From Octopus vulgaris (Eukaryota), in assembly GCA_951406725.2 (NCBI GenBank), contig OX597819.1, forward strand, positions 88,536,001 to 88,600,000: a stretch of DNA of 64,000 bases, given 5' to 3'. Each line of letters starts with the position of its first letter. Position 1 is the stretch's first letter. This document shows, in pieces, positions 1 to 13,988 of this stretch. The notes beneath the pieces are model-generated. The model searched no databases. It had not been told where the DNA came from and saw only the letters and a program-made list of their open reading frames with translations. The translations under genes and the position numbers were made by a program.

Positions 1-232
1 TTTGTGTGTCCTTGTTTGTCCCCTCTATGTTTAGCCCCTTGTGGGTAATAAAGAAACAGGTATTTTGCCCTTCTTTACATTCTGAGTTCAAATTCCACCG
101 TGGTTGACTTTACCTTTCATCTCTTTCGAGGTCGATAAGATAAATACCAGTTGAGTGTTGGTGGGGGGAGGGTCGATGTAATCGACTTCCATCTCCCTCG
201 AAATTGCTGGCCTTGTGCCAGAATTTGAAATC
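1..232 (+). mobile_element. SINE family A (tRNA-derived), partial tandem copy: tail of one unit joined to a headless second unit
   Basis: B-box-like GAGTTCAAATTCC, central CTTTCATCTCTTTCGAGGTCGATAA motif; homologous to the complete copy at 60362-60594. Confidence 0.85.
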
Positions 233-263
233 AACACTACTAATGGAAATAATAATTCAATAA

Positions 264-560
264 TTAATGATGATGATGATAACGATGAAGGCGACAACGA
301 CGATGATGTTGATAATGACGACGACGACGATGATGATGACAGCGGCGATAAAAAAAGATAACTATGATGATGACGATAATGCTGAAAATGACGACGACCA
401 TCATCATCATCAACAATACCATCATCATCATCATCATGACGACGGTAGCGATGACGACGATGATAACGGTGATGAAAATGCTGATAATGACAACGACAGT
501 CACCATCACCGACATTATCATGAGGAAGAGGGGAAAGAGGACGAGAAGGTGAGAGAGGAG
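264..560. repeat. Degenerate trinucleotide repeat (GAT/GAC/CAT/AAC)
   Basis: Directly visible; explains the poly-M/D/H ORFs in both directions. Confidence 0.9.
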
Positions 561-914
561 GCGGGAGAGGAGAAACAGGATATCAGCCATTTGTTCTGGG
601 CAATGCGTAATACATTTTGGCGACTGCTGGTTTTGAGTCATACACCTGTCTCCTTGCATGCTTTCACTATTTACTGAGAATTAGACATGAAGTCTGCTCA
701 AACGTGCTGCGGTGCGTTTAACGGGAAACAGAAAGAGGACGAATTAGAGAGAGAGAGAGAGGGGGAAGCAGGGGAGAGATAAGAGCGATGGAGAAATGGC
801 GTATGAGTAAGAGAGAGGCATTGAGAGTTTGAATAGGTTATATGAAAAAAATGGAAAACCGGATTCTTATTTGCAGTGTAATATCTGAAAAGGCTGTTCG
901 ATAATACCAGTGTA

Positions 915-1080
915 AGAATAGGTATGGCTATGTGGTTAAGAAGCACGCTTTGCAGCTGCATCGTTCCGGGTTCGGTTCCACTGCATGGCACCTTAGGCAA
1001 GTGTCTTCTACTATAGCCTTGGGCCGACCAAAGCCTTGTGAGTGGATTTGGTAGACGGAAACTGAAAGAAGCCCGTCGTG
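915..1080 (+). mobile_element. SINE family B, 5' half (tRNA-like head plus CORE-like segment) running into (TA)n
   Basis: TGGCTATGTGGTTAAG...GGTTCGGTTCC...CCTTAGGCAAGTGTCTTCTACTATAGCC; matches 18889-19290. Confidence 0.85.
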
Positions 1081-1855
<775 letters not shown>

Positions 1856-1894
1856 GAGAGAGAGAGAGAGTGTGAGAGAGAAATGGAAAGACAG

Positions 1895-1930
<36 letters not shown>

Positions 1931-2310
1931 TATATTATAAAATGAGATAGGGGTTGAAAATTCAACCCACCATGGGATAATATATATCCAATATACTGCT
2001 AGATAGGTACCCAACAAAAATAATACATAGATGTTAAAAATTGTCAAGCAATCAGTTCATCTATTGTATTAAATGGGTAAAGGTAATAATATTACCGTAA
2101 ATTAATACTACAAAATTAGAGAATGGAGAAACATACTTAAATCAGTAAAACATCAACTATCCAATGATACTCAATCCATACTTTAATACACCATTACATA
2201 TGAGTAAAGGCAATATATAAAATGAAATGAGATATACAGTAATAGTAAAAGTAAAAAGATAAAGAGATATAAGTAAAAAATTTCAAATATAATATGCAAA
2301 TAAATCAAAA

Positions 2311-2418
2311 CTGACAGCTGTTTCGGCAGTGAGGACAGTCATACCTCATTTAACCTATAAGCCATAAAGGCAGGTATAAATGAGGCATTAACAAGGATGC
2401 CCCACGGCCTCTTCAGAG
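2311..2418 (-). ncRNA. Hammerhead ribozyme (type I, long stem II, palindromic minimal stem III)
   Basis: Reverse complement of 3344-3451. Confidence 0.75.
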
Positions 2419-2758
2419 AATTAAATTAAATTTGTTATAATAGTGAAAAATATTATATAATTATATACATATAAATATAAAAATATAAAAATGTAAAATA
2501 TAAAAACTTATACATCATAATGCTACACTTATATAATATAATACACATTTGTACAAAAAGGAAGGTAAACAGAACAATATAAAACAAAATATATAACAGT
2601 GTATATATTAATATTAATAAGTACCGATATTATACATATTTGGCTAATAGTTTTTTTTATAAAAAAAAGGGCTAACACATATAAAGATGAAAAATAATAA
2701 TTAAATCCGTGGTACAGTTCATAAAATTCCAAAGCTATAAAAGTTAATAAAAATTACT

Positions 2759-2789
<31 letters not shown>

Positions 2790-2973
2790 TTAATAATAAT
2801 AAAAATAATAATAATAAAAAAATACTAAAAATAGATACAGTTAAGTTAGCACAAGTCCATCCTTTCAAGATCGAAATAACTATAGTTATTTCGATCTTGA
2901 AAGGATGGACTTGGTGCTAACTTAACTGTATCTATTTTTAGTATTTTTTTATTATTATTATTTTTATTATTAT

Positions 2974-3004
<31 letters not shown>

Positions 3005-3343
3005 AGTAATTTTTATTAACTTTTATAGCTTTGGAATTTTATGAACTGTACCACGGATTTAATTATTATTTTTCATCTCCATATGTGTTAGCCCTTTTTT
3101 TATAAAAAAAACTATTAGCCAAATATGTATAATATCGGTACTTATTAATATTAATATATACACTGTTATATATTTTGTTTTATATTGTTCTGTTTACCTT
3201 CCTTTTTGTACAAATGTGTATTATATTATATAAGTGTAGCATTATGATGTATAAGTTTTTATATTTTACATTTTTATATTTTTATATTTATATGTATATG
3301 ATTATATAATATTTTTCACTATTATAACAAATTTAATTTAATT

Positions 3344-3451
3344 CTCTGAAGAGGCCGTGGGGCATCCTTGTTAATGCCTCATTTATACCTGCCTTTATGG
3401 CTTATAGGTTAAATGAGGTATGACTGTCCTCACTGCCGAAACAGCTGTCAG
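3344..3451 (+). ncRNA. Hammerhead ribozyme (type I, long stem II, palindromic minimal stem III)
   Basis: CTGAAGA (3346-3352), stem II GGC...GCC with inner ATGCCTCATTTA/TAAATGAGGTAT, GAAAC-AGCT-GTC (cleavage predicted after 3449); stem I weak. Confidence 0.75.
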
Positions 3452-3747
3452 TTTTGATTTATTTGCATATTATATTTGAAATTTTTTACTTATATCTCTT
3501 TATCTTTTTACTTTTACTATTACTGTATATCTCATTTCATTTTATATATTGCCTTTACTCATATGTAATGGTGTATTAAAGTATGGATTGAGTATCATCG
3601 GATAGTTGATGTTTTACTGATTTAAGTATGTTTCTCCATTCTCTAATTTTGTAGTATATATATATATATATATTTATATATGTATATATGACATACGTAT
3701 GTATAAACTTGTGTGAGTGAGTGAGTGAGTGAATGAGAGAGAGAATG

Positions 3748-3835
<88 letters not shown>

Positions 3836-4119
3836 GTATATATATATGCATGTGTTTTATTCAAAATACAATGACACCAACAAAATACATTTTGTTTCAC
3901 CCGGATGCACGTCATGACCAAATTTTATCATGATCTTCACGGCAACATAATCCTGATAAATTCATCCCTTTTAGTGAAATAGATTGCATTTTGCCAGGGT
4001 CATTGCTTTTAATGAAACGTTGACACATAGACTCAAACTACTGGCTTATTTTTCTATTCTACGTGGCCTCGCCATGTTTCAAAGAACTGGAATCTCCAGA
4101 CTACATACACCCTGTACCC

Positions 4120-4492
<373 letters not shown>

Positions 4493-5148
4493 GAGTGGCG
4501 GCTCGTAAGTGAAATTAGTGGGGCTGCTGCTTCAGAAAACTTTTAGCCGTTGTTTTGATATTGAGTAAAAGGAAACAAACAGATAAAAAGAACATTTATA
4601 CATAAACTTGATCGATTCGCGTTTTAGACACTGTCGGGTAGTGTGTTTAATTTGGTCACTGAACACCGCCGCGAATTCCCCCTTGTTTTTCAAAAATCCC
4701 TCTTAAATCACAAAACGGGGGGGAGGAAATTTGCCCTACTTTTCAAATTCTGGCAGCAACACTGAAGCTGGAAGCAGGATAATAATATAGTTCTACACTT
4801 TATCACATTCAAGATTATAAACACGTTTTTAAGCACAACACGCTGAGTCAAAAAGAAACACTACCTTTCACTCGGTAGTCGTTCACGCAGTAGTCTCTCT
4901 CCCTTGCGTAAAGCTTCCTATCTCGGACATGTGAGCATGTGCACAACAGCCAAACACCGCGTCGCTGGAACCGTGAAGCGCATAGTTCTATACAAGGATT
5001 TTTGTATTTGTTTCATAAACTGGGAGATGGTTGCTGATATTAATGTACAAGTATAAAGAAATAATTAAAGGAAAATGAACTCATTATATTAAATGTTATC
5101 GATAATATCGAGTGGAAATAGGGAGTGCCTATACACGAGCCACCACTG
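4493..5148. mobile_element. Non-autonomous hAT-like DNA transposon (MITE)
   Basis: Terminal inverted repeats AGTGGCGGCTCGT / ACGAGCCACCACTG; no ORF; TSD obscured by (CA)n. Confidence 0.6.
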
Positions 5149-5161
5149 CACACACATATAC

Positions 5162-5192
<31 letters not shown>

Positions 5193-5227
5193 TGTATGTA
5201 TGTATGTATGTATGTGTGTGTGTGTTT

Positions 5228-5520
5228 GCGGTTAAACCATTGGGATTGAAGGACTCCTAGCCTTTGTTAGGGCATCCTTCTAGGAGAAGGTAACTCAGGT
5301 AACTGGGATAACTCCGACATAAAACCTGCGGCTCAGTGGTTACCGATGATGTTGACTTCTTCTTTTCGGATTATGGATGCTGTTGCTTAGTGAGTGGGAT
5401 TGACTCAGTGCACAGCCTTTCCTCACTTAAAAAAAAATCTTTCTGCACAGGCATTGCACGATAACAACATTGATTAAGCTTCGTGCAATGGCCATACTCG
5501 ATAACGAGGGGGCAGCCACC
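5228..5520 (+). mobile_element. Probable RTE-type LINE 5' UTR fragment
   Basis: GGGCATCCTTCTAGGAGAAGGTAACTC...AAAACCT resembles the motif found upstream of RTE ORFs; no ORF. Confidence 0.4.
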
Positions 5521-6087
5521 ATGCATGTATGTACGTATGTATGTACACAAGTATGCATATCTATATAAAATTTTATGTATTTGTGTATACAAACACATTC
5601 AATACATGCAGTTATTTGAGCAGATGTCTTTCAGAAGGTATAACAAAATATATCATGATGCACCATATACACTTTAAACATCCCGAAAGACGCCACTGCA
5701 ATCAGCTGACAGTTTTTCATAATGTTAAAAATTATAAATAAATCGCCAAAACATCTGAAATTGTGTTGAACTGGTACTGTGCTGCCATCAAACTTATTTT
5801 CTTTACTTCTTTTGAATAGTAACTGGAAGTTGATGCTTTTAAAGCACCCTTAGCGCCAGAGGAATATTCTAAGCAGCGCTCGAGCTAAAGCTCTGGCTGA
5901 ATACTAGCTAACCTATTCGCGTGAAGACTCCCCTCTCTTGAGGGGCACCACATCAGCGTCCTTTTTTTTTTTCCAACCTTTTTTCGTTGGTCACCCATGC
6001 AGATACTTACCCGCTTCAACGCATTTAAATTTCAGTGCTTTGTTGGAGACCGCGCGCAGCAACTAAACTACGCGGGTGCTTGTTGTT

Positions 6088-6316
6088 GTCTTCTTCTTCT
6101 TCTTCTTCTTCTTCTTCTTCTTCTTCTTCTTCTTCTTCTTCTTCTTCTTCTTCTTCTTCCTCCTCCTCCTCCTCCTCCTCCTCCTCCTCTTCTTCTTCTT
6201 CTTCCTCCTCCTCCTCCTCCTCTTCTTCTTCTTCTTCTTCTTCTTCTTCTTCTTCTTCTTCTTCTTCTTCTTCTTCTTCTTCTTCTTCTTCTTCTTCTTC
6301 TTCTTCTTCTTCTTCA
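6088..6316. repeat. Long (CTT)n/(CCT)n polypyrimidine microsatellite
   Basis: Directly visible. Confidence 0.97.
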
Positions 6317-6504
6317 CAAAGAATAATCTCTAATTCGAGCCTACTCTAAGTTACTAAGAATGCGTGTGGCAACTTGAAGATCCACCCACCACACGCGATA
6401 GACTGGCGGTTGCACGGGCGCGAAAGCTAACGTTGTTATCCTCATTCCGTAAACGGGATATAGAGGATTCGCAATCTAGACTAGAGTCTGAAAGTTTACC
6501 ACAC

Positions 6505-6715
6505 CATAGTGCTTTGTGGCAGAAGTAGGAAAAAAGAGTGAGAGAAAGTTGTGGTGAAAGAGTACAGCGGGGTTCGCCCCCCACCCCCCGCCGGAGCCTA
6601 GTGGAGCTTAGGTGTTTTGTGCAATAAACACTCACAATGCTCGGTCTAGGAATCGAAACCGCGTTCTTACGACCGCGAGTCCGCTGCCCTAACCACTGGG
6701 CCATTGCGCCTCCAC
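6505..6715 (-). mobile_element. SINE family C (tRNA-derived head)
   Basis: Minus strand GGAGGCGCAATGGCCCAGTGGTTAGGGCAGCGGAC...GTTTCGATTCC (A and B boxes); second copy 42400-42666. Confidence 0.85.
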
Positions 6716-8309
6716 TGTTGTTGTCGTTGTATCGCTCTCAAGTCTCAGATTACCAGAGATTTAGCAAACCTATGACAGCATTCCAGCAGCAACTATCATG
6801 TCAGGGACCGCATTGTCCAATGTCCTTTTTCTTTTTAAGACGGTAGAGTATAATTTGAAAGCGATATAGCAACTATTTTGAGTAGGTCAAATGACAGCAC
6901 ACACGTTCCTTCGTCTTTATTGTTTAGCCTTAAGTCAGCCATGATCACAAAGCATGTTCTACTCATAACCTTTCCGACTTATTTATTCATTTACTTTGAG
7001 GCTCGATTTATTCCTTTTTTATGCAAGCAGTGTGTAATTAGAGAAGTATTTCGCTGCTAATTCTAACAAGTTGTGCAACTATGTGTGTGGTCCCTCGAGT
7101 AAGCAACATTTTGATCAACATACGGCTTAACATTTCAATGAATTATCCTTTCATCCTGTTACCCTGTCATCACCAGCTTCTCACCAATGTCAACATACTT
7201 GCCACTAGTTCTACCTTTTTCTGCTAAGTGTATATATAAATGCAGTTGCCACAGTCTCATATCTAAGGAACAAATGTGGCTGATTCTGGTGGTAAAGGCT
7301 TTCCTCGCTCTTAAAACTATATATCTCTCAGTAAGCTTTAATTCTCGTCAACTATTTAACCTTTTTCATTCAAATAATATCTATTTTAAAATATGGAAGC
7401 TATATGCCATCAACAAAAATGATGTAGCTTATACTCGTTCAATTACCATTAACAATAACATATGATGAATACTATACGCCAAGAGATACTCTAATATTTT
7501 AAACACTTCAGCGATCGCCAACACGTATTCAGAAGAGAAAGATATATCATTCACCTATAGTCTTTCATTACATACAAATGTCCTCCTCAGGCAAGATCGT
7601 ATAACGGAACAAAATTTGATAGAAAAATCACTGATAGACGTATAGTTTATAAACTAAATCTGATATATTTCTTCTTGGTTCCTTCTATTATATAATGACT
7701 GAAGCAAAACATATTCCCATAATTCTATACCAAAATAATTCAAAACATTACTGAATAAGTTGTTATCTTCTCCAAATCTCTTTCCATTCCATATCCATAA
7801 CCGATTTTATGTCGTCTCATATATGGGTATTGGGTTTACGAGTGTTAGCTTATGTGCTTGGTTCTCGGACAAGACGGCGTATTGTATTTTTGACCAAGAT
7901 TCTTCATTTCCAGTTGTCTTTGTCCACTCGGCTGAGTTCACTCCTGTGATGACTTGGAGTCTATTTCTGCGGCACATTAGTAAGGGTCGTGTATCGTCAG
8001 TCGTCTTAAAATCAACGGAAACCGGGAGAAACTCCTACCTAATAGGACTCGCTCATTTTTGTGAACAATTAATAAAGTAAATAAAGAAATACAGAAACAA
8101 ACTTCAAAATTTTTAAGCGCGTATAATTTTTAATTCCCACTTTTGAAAATTCCATTTTCTAACTACAGCAAAAATTAGATCGTGCCCAAACATATCGAAT
8201 GCGCTGCTACTTGAAAGTAAAGTCACACTTTAAACTTTTTTATCAGTAGATCTTCTCTAATGTGTAGTATAGTTCTCTGTCGCAATCATGAAAATGAAAT
8301 ACACACAAA

Positions 8310-8375
<66 letters not shown>

Positions 8376-8914
8376 AGAAAATCGTAACAGCATGAAAAAA
8401 TTGCATTTATTATGGTTTATAAACGCCCAGCAATAAAATTTATTGAACACATATTTTTATACCTCAAAGTAAGACGCACGCGCGCGCACACACACACACA
8501 CACATAGACACACACACGCGCACATGTATGTATGTATGGATGGATGGATGGATGGATGGATGGATGGATGGATATACATGTCTATGTGATGTACGAGTGC
8601 ATACATGCATACATGTAGATAGATAGATAGATAGATACATACATACATACATACATACATACATACATACATTCATACATACATACATACATGCATGCAT
8701 GCATGCATACATACATAATACATACATACATACATACATACATGCATGCATACATACATACATGCATGCATGCATACATACATACATACATACATACATA
8801 CATACATACATACAAACATACAAATATATGCACACATACATTATACACGTATATGCATGCATACATGCTGACATACATGCATGTAAACATACATACATGC
8901 GTACGTACATGCAT

Positions 8915-9000
<86 letters not shown>

Positions 9001-9245
9001 GCTTATACATACATGTATATATATATAGATACATTATACATACATACACAACACACACGTGTGTGTTGTATGTTTGTGTGTGTGTGCGCGTGTGTGTGTG
9101 TGAGCGTGTACGCGTGAAAATGCATAATAGAAAATGCGAATGTGCACACACACACACACACCTGCATACAGATGCACACACACAGATACACACACACATA
9201 GATACACACACATACATAAATACATACATACAGATGGACACCTAC
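8310..9245. repeat. Large compound microsatellite field (CA, GGAT, GATA, CATA, TA)
   Basis: Directly visible. Confidence 0.95.
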
Positions 9246-9986
9246 ATACGCAGTTTGCTTTTTCGTTTTTGTCTTTGTGTTATTTTTCATTCACCGACCT
9301 TAAAGAAATCTTTATTTCGCATTTACTACCGTACTTTTATAACTGGAACGAGAGACGTTGACATCTTACGCTGCCTAACTTGTTTTAAAATTCAATTGTG
9401 TTTACATTTTAGTCTACTTTGCGATAGATTTCGAACTGTGCACAGAATAAAGCAGGTGTTTACATTCTCATTGATATTACCGACATGCGACAAAAACAAA
9501 CAGAATTGCCTTTGCAGCTCTGGCCGATCGGTAGCAGTAGCTCTTTAAAGTTCAGTCTAAGCAATGTATAAACAGATTAGTCTCCCTTTACCAGCTTTTG
9601 CTTTAACGCACATTTTAGCTATCTACCCACATTTTCGTCATATTCAAGGATTTTTGTTTTGCCTTTCCCTGCATTTATTTGCTTCTGACACTTTTATTTT
9701 ATTTATTTATTTTTTTTTTTTTCATTTTTATTATTTTCGTTTTCTTTTTCTTCTTCTTCTTCTTCTTCTTCTTCTTTTCATCTAACCTCGATATACCCAT
9801 ATTGTCTCACAACTTTTTTTTTTATTTTTACTTTATTTTTTTTTTTTTAACTGCTTGAGCTCCTGTTTTTTTTCTTCTTTTCTATTTAAATCGACTCGCG
9901 AGCGCAAATGCAGCCAGGCATACAAACACAGACGTGTATGCGTTTGTAAAGCCCTGTGCATTCATGCAGACACTTACGCGAAACGT

Positions 9987-10038
<52 letters not shown>

Positions 10039-10114
10039 ACACGTACACACATGCATACACACACATAGGAGAGAGAGAGACAGACAGAGAGACAGAAAGA
10101 GACAGAGACACAGA

Positions 10115-10190
<76 letters not shown>

Positions 10191-10611
10191 CTCCGAGAAT
10201 TGGTATCGTGCTTATTCAGGGTTTCCATATGCCAGAGAAGTTAATGTTTGTGAACTGATTCATAAACTTATATCCATCTTTACATCGATAAATTTCATTT
10301 ATTTATTTATTTATTTATTATCATACCCATATATTTATTTATTTATTTATTTTTATATACATTTATTTATGTATTTATTCAGTCTCACTTACAACGAAAG
10401 ATTAATAATTTCCTGTGCAAAGAACGTTGCAGATAGAAAGATGTGCCTGCAAGGCAGTTTTCTAGTGATAAGCTGCATTATTAATATCATGGGTTAGAGT
10501 AAAATGCACAACTCGAAAGCAGCCAGCACGGATGGCGTGTGAAAACTACAACAGAACATTTCTCGGGTGGTAATGGGAGTAGGTGGATGGGGGGGGGGGG
10601 AATGAATGATT

Positions 10612-10628
10612 ATAGCAGCAGCAGCAGT

Positions 10629-10688
<60 letters not shown>

Positions 10689-10803
10689 GGTGGTGGTGGT
10701 GGTGGTGGTGGTGGTGCTCCTGCTGGTGCTCCTACTGGTGTCGGCGGTGGTGGTGGTGATGGTGGTGTCGGCGGTGGTGATGGTTGTAGTGGTAGTAGAA
10801 GTT

Positions 10804-10850
<47 letters not shown>

Positions 10851-11044
10851 TGTGGTAGTGTCGGCGGTGGTTGTGGTGGTGGTGATGGTTGTAGTAGTAG
10901 TTGTAGTAGTAGTTGTGGTAGTGTCGGCTGTGGTTGTGGTGCTGGTGATGGTTGTAGTAGTAGTAGTAGTAGTAGTAGTTGTTGTTGTTGTTGTTGTTGT
11001 GGTGGTGGTGGTGGTGGTGGTGGTGTCGGCGGTGGTGATGGTTA

Positions 11045-11099
<55 letters not shown>

Positions 11100-11140
11100 T
11101 GTAGTAGTAGTAGTAGTAGTTGTAGTAGTAGTAGTAGTAG
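10612..11140. repeat. Compound trinucleotide repeat (AGC/AGT/GGT/TGT) with a recurring GTCGGCGGTGGT sub-unit
   Basis: Directly visible; yields poly-S/G/V/Y ORFs. Confidence 0.95.
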
Positions 11141-11391
11141 TCGGCTGGATGGTTGGGTGAGTGAGCGGGAGAGCGGGTGGTTGTAGGAGAGTTGAGTGTC
11201 ATATTTTAATTGCCAACTTGGAAAGGTATGTTTGGAAACTAATTTTTAATATTGTGTGAGTACATCAATTGGTTCCTGGAGAAAAATATAACCTACAAAA
11301 ATGGGTATTTTCATACCTCTAGCTCCAGGATATCCAAAACAGCTGGAATGACATAGAAATAATAATAAAAAAAAACTTGACATGTAAGGTC

Positions 11392-11525
<134 letters not shown>

Positions 11526-13705
11526 CTGTGTGTTTGTTGGTGTTATTTAAGTAATGATGATACATCAAAATGAAGTCTGATAATGAATTATTCATTATTA
11601 ACGAGCGAGAGAGAGAGAGGGGGAGGGAAAGTGAGAGAGAGGGAGATGGAGAGAGAGGGAAAGAGAAAGGGTAAAAGTTAGGGAAGGAAAACGATTACAG
11701 TTGAGTAAAAAGTATTAATCATAGATGTTAGATGTTGAAGAGCGTCTGACCGAACCCAAGAACATTTCGTTATCGCATTGGCTACAAACAAGCAAGACAT
11801 CTCGCCAGATTCTATCTTTGGCGTTCTTTTGTTGCCATCCTCTTTAAGCTGAGATGATACTTTCAGACGAGATAAAAAGGAATTTTAAAATGTTTCTCTA
11901 GAAATAGGAATAATTTTTAACCGAACGTAGAAACTGTGACCTTTGTAATTGCGCGGATTCTTTCAAGAAAAACGAAAAAACAAAACAAAACCACCAGAGA
12001 TCGATATAAATGTTTGCTGAAATATGAAAATTATGAAGGCAAAGACACTCTTATTACTTATTTTCTTTTACATTTTTCGCTTTCTTACTTTCTTTCTTTA
12101 TTCTCTCTTCTTTGCCTTTTCCTTTCTCTTCCTCTTTCTCTTTTCTTTTCTCTTTCCTTTCTATGTCTTCTCTATGTAAAAGCACATTTCTGTTGAAATG
12201 AACTTTTTTTTTTGCAAATATGAAAGCTAGCTTGCAGTTCGTCTTAAAATTTGTCTTTCTTCTTTCAGAACAGATTTATTAAATTTTATTAGCTTATTGA
12301 ATCTTACAAGCTATGATATTTATTTAGTTATTTAGTTATTGTTATTTATTTATTAGTTTATTTATTATTTGTTATGTAGATAAATGTCGTACTGACACGA
12401 GAAAGCGGAAGTCGCTCATCTGGACTGTTTCGTAATTTTAATGGTTTAAAGACGTTGTGTTGGGGATAAATATAAAGTAGTTCTGAAGACAACGTTTAGA
12501 ATTCCCGTTGTCAATGTTTAAAGAAAATTTACTTGCCTTCTCAGTGGGGGAGCGATTACTTTTGGTTCAGACCGGTTCAGACCAGTTTATATATTACTAA
12601 TAGATGCTATAATGCTAACTTGGTGACATTCAATATAAATATAGAAAAAGTAAATGTTAATTCCCTTCACGAGTGCGCACACACATATACACACACACGT
12701 ACGCACACACACATACACACGTCGCACGCACACACATACACGCATATACAGCCATGACAACGAAAACAAACTTAAATAAATTGATATTTTCGAAAAATGT
12801 TGGTAACGATATTTGACTTTATTGTAAAATACGTTTACAATCAAATCAGAGCTATTGCCTTGCTCTAAATAGTGTAAAGTGTCTCAGAGTATAAAACATT
12901 CAGATCTGAATTAAATGTTGAACAGAAGAACATATTCCATAAGCAGAAAGCTCGTGTTCCCGCCCTGTATTGAAACCTAGCGCAGGTATGAAAATCAAAA
13001 TGTTATACCTTTCTTAACAAAACGCTTCTAAAACTAACAACTACCAGGGCTTCATCATAAAATTTTAAGGAAATCTATTGTCCCTACCCTTTTTCATTAA
13101 TGAGAAAACAAAATATTTTTCATTCATATAATTCTTTTTACTTCGCCATGATACTGGACAAGTTCAATAAATCTAAAACGATTATAATTTTAACAAGTAT
13201 GGCAATTTATCATCTCCATTTCAGTCCTTTCAGATACTCCCCTTAGAGGGTCTTCTTATGAGAAACACTGTCTTAGTGGGGAGTTAGATCAGTATTGATC
13301 ATCGCGTCCTAAATACAATATTTTAGTTTGAGCAATTGCGTCTGGTGGAGGGTTCATTTCTCAGCAGGCTTTATTTGCTACTGTTCAAAATCACTGCTTT
13401 GCTGAGTAAATAAAGAGGAAAGGAATCAACTCGGAACCTTCTTTAATTATAATTCCATATAAAACATCAAGGATCTATTATAGGAATTATGTTCATCGGT
13501 ACCAGTGCTTGTCTAGTACTGTATGTTATTGACCCTGAAAGAATGAAACGTAAGATTTACATCAGTAGGATTTAAAGTTAAGAATATAAAGGACACTAAC
13601 TTAACACCGCAAGGCATTTTGTGCAACACTCTAATCATTCTGCCAAAGCTGTGGAAGATTCGATTTGACGAAAACCGAACAACAATTAAGTCATACAATA
13701 GTTAC

Positions 13706-13988
13706 ATTCTATTGTGTCTGGAGAGAGTCATTTTCTTTTTGTACCTTATAACGTAACACACTCACCGGTGAAATTTCCACTTATTTCTTATTTTTATTTT
13801 CCTAAAATTTTCGTTGCATCTTGCAACATTTTCAATAGTCTTGACTCTCAAGACTATTGAAAAGGTTGCAAGACGCAACGAAAAAACTTTACGAAAATAA
13901 AAATAAGAAATAAGTGGAAATTTCACCGGTGAGTGTGTTACATTATAAGGCACAAAAAGAAAATGACTCTCCCCAGACACAACAGAAT
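13706..13988. repeat. Palindrome of about 283 bp (arms about 140 bp, 3-nt loop), probable Penelope-like fold-back remnant
   Basis: Centre TCTTGA-CTC-TCAAGA at 13839-13853; arms similar with scattered mismatches. Confidence 0.9.

Larger units (their letters stand above)
1925..3657. mobile_element. Penelope-like (pLTR-type) non-coding insertion with head-to-head inverted arms, flanked by (TA)n
   Basis: Palindrome 2105-3657 centred at 2882/2883; an HHR in each arm; left arm extends about 180 bp further to a terminal hairpin; (TA)n on both sides. Confidence 0.7.
2105..3657. repeat. Spacer-less near-perfect palindrome, arms about 775 bp
   Basis: Centre AATAACTA|TAGTTATT; arms match base by base apart from a few substitutions and indels. 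Confidence 0.97.

Noticed and set aside
264-677. His/Asp-rich 136-aa ORF and overlapping ORFs
   Set aside because: Produced by a degenerate trinucleotide repeat that is open in several frames; no domain or splice support.
8457-9548. Longest ORFs in the track (up to 285 aa)
   Set aside because: Translations of (CATA)n/(TA)n/(CA)n, which lack stop codons.
10539-11202. Gly/Ser/Cys-rich 215-aa ORF resembling a structural protein
   Set aside because: Pure compound trinucleotide microsatellite open in multiple frames and on both strands.
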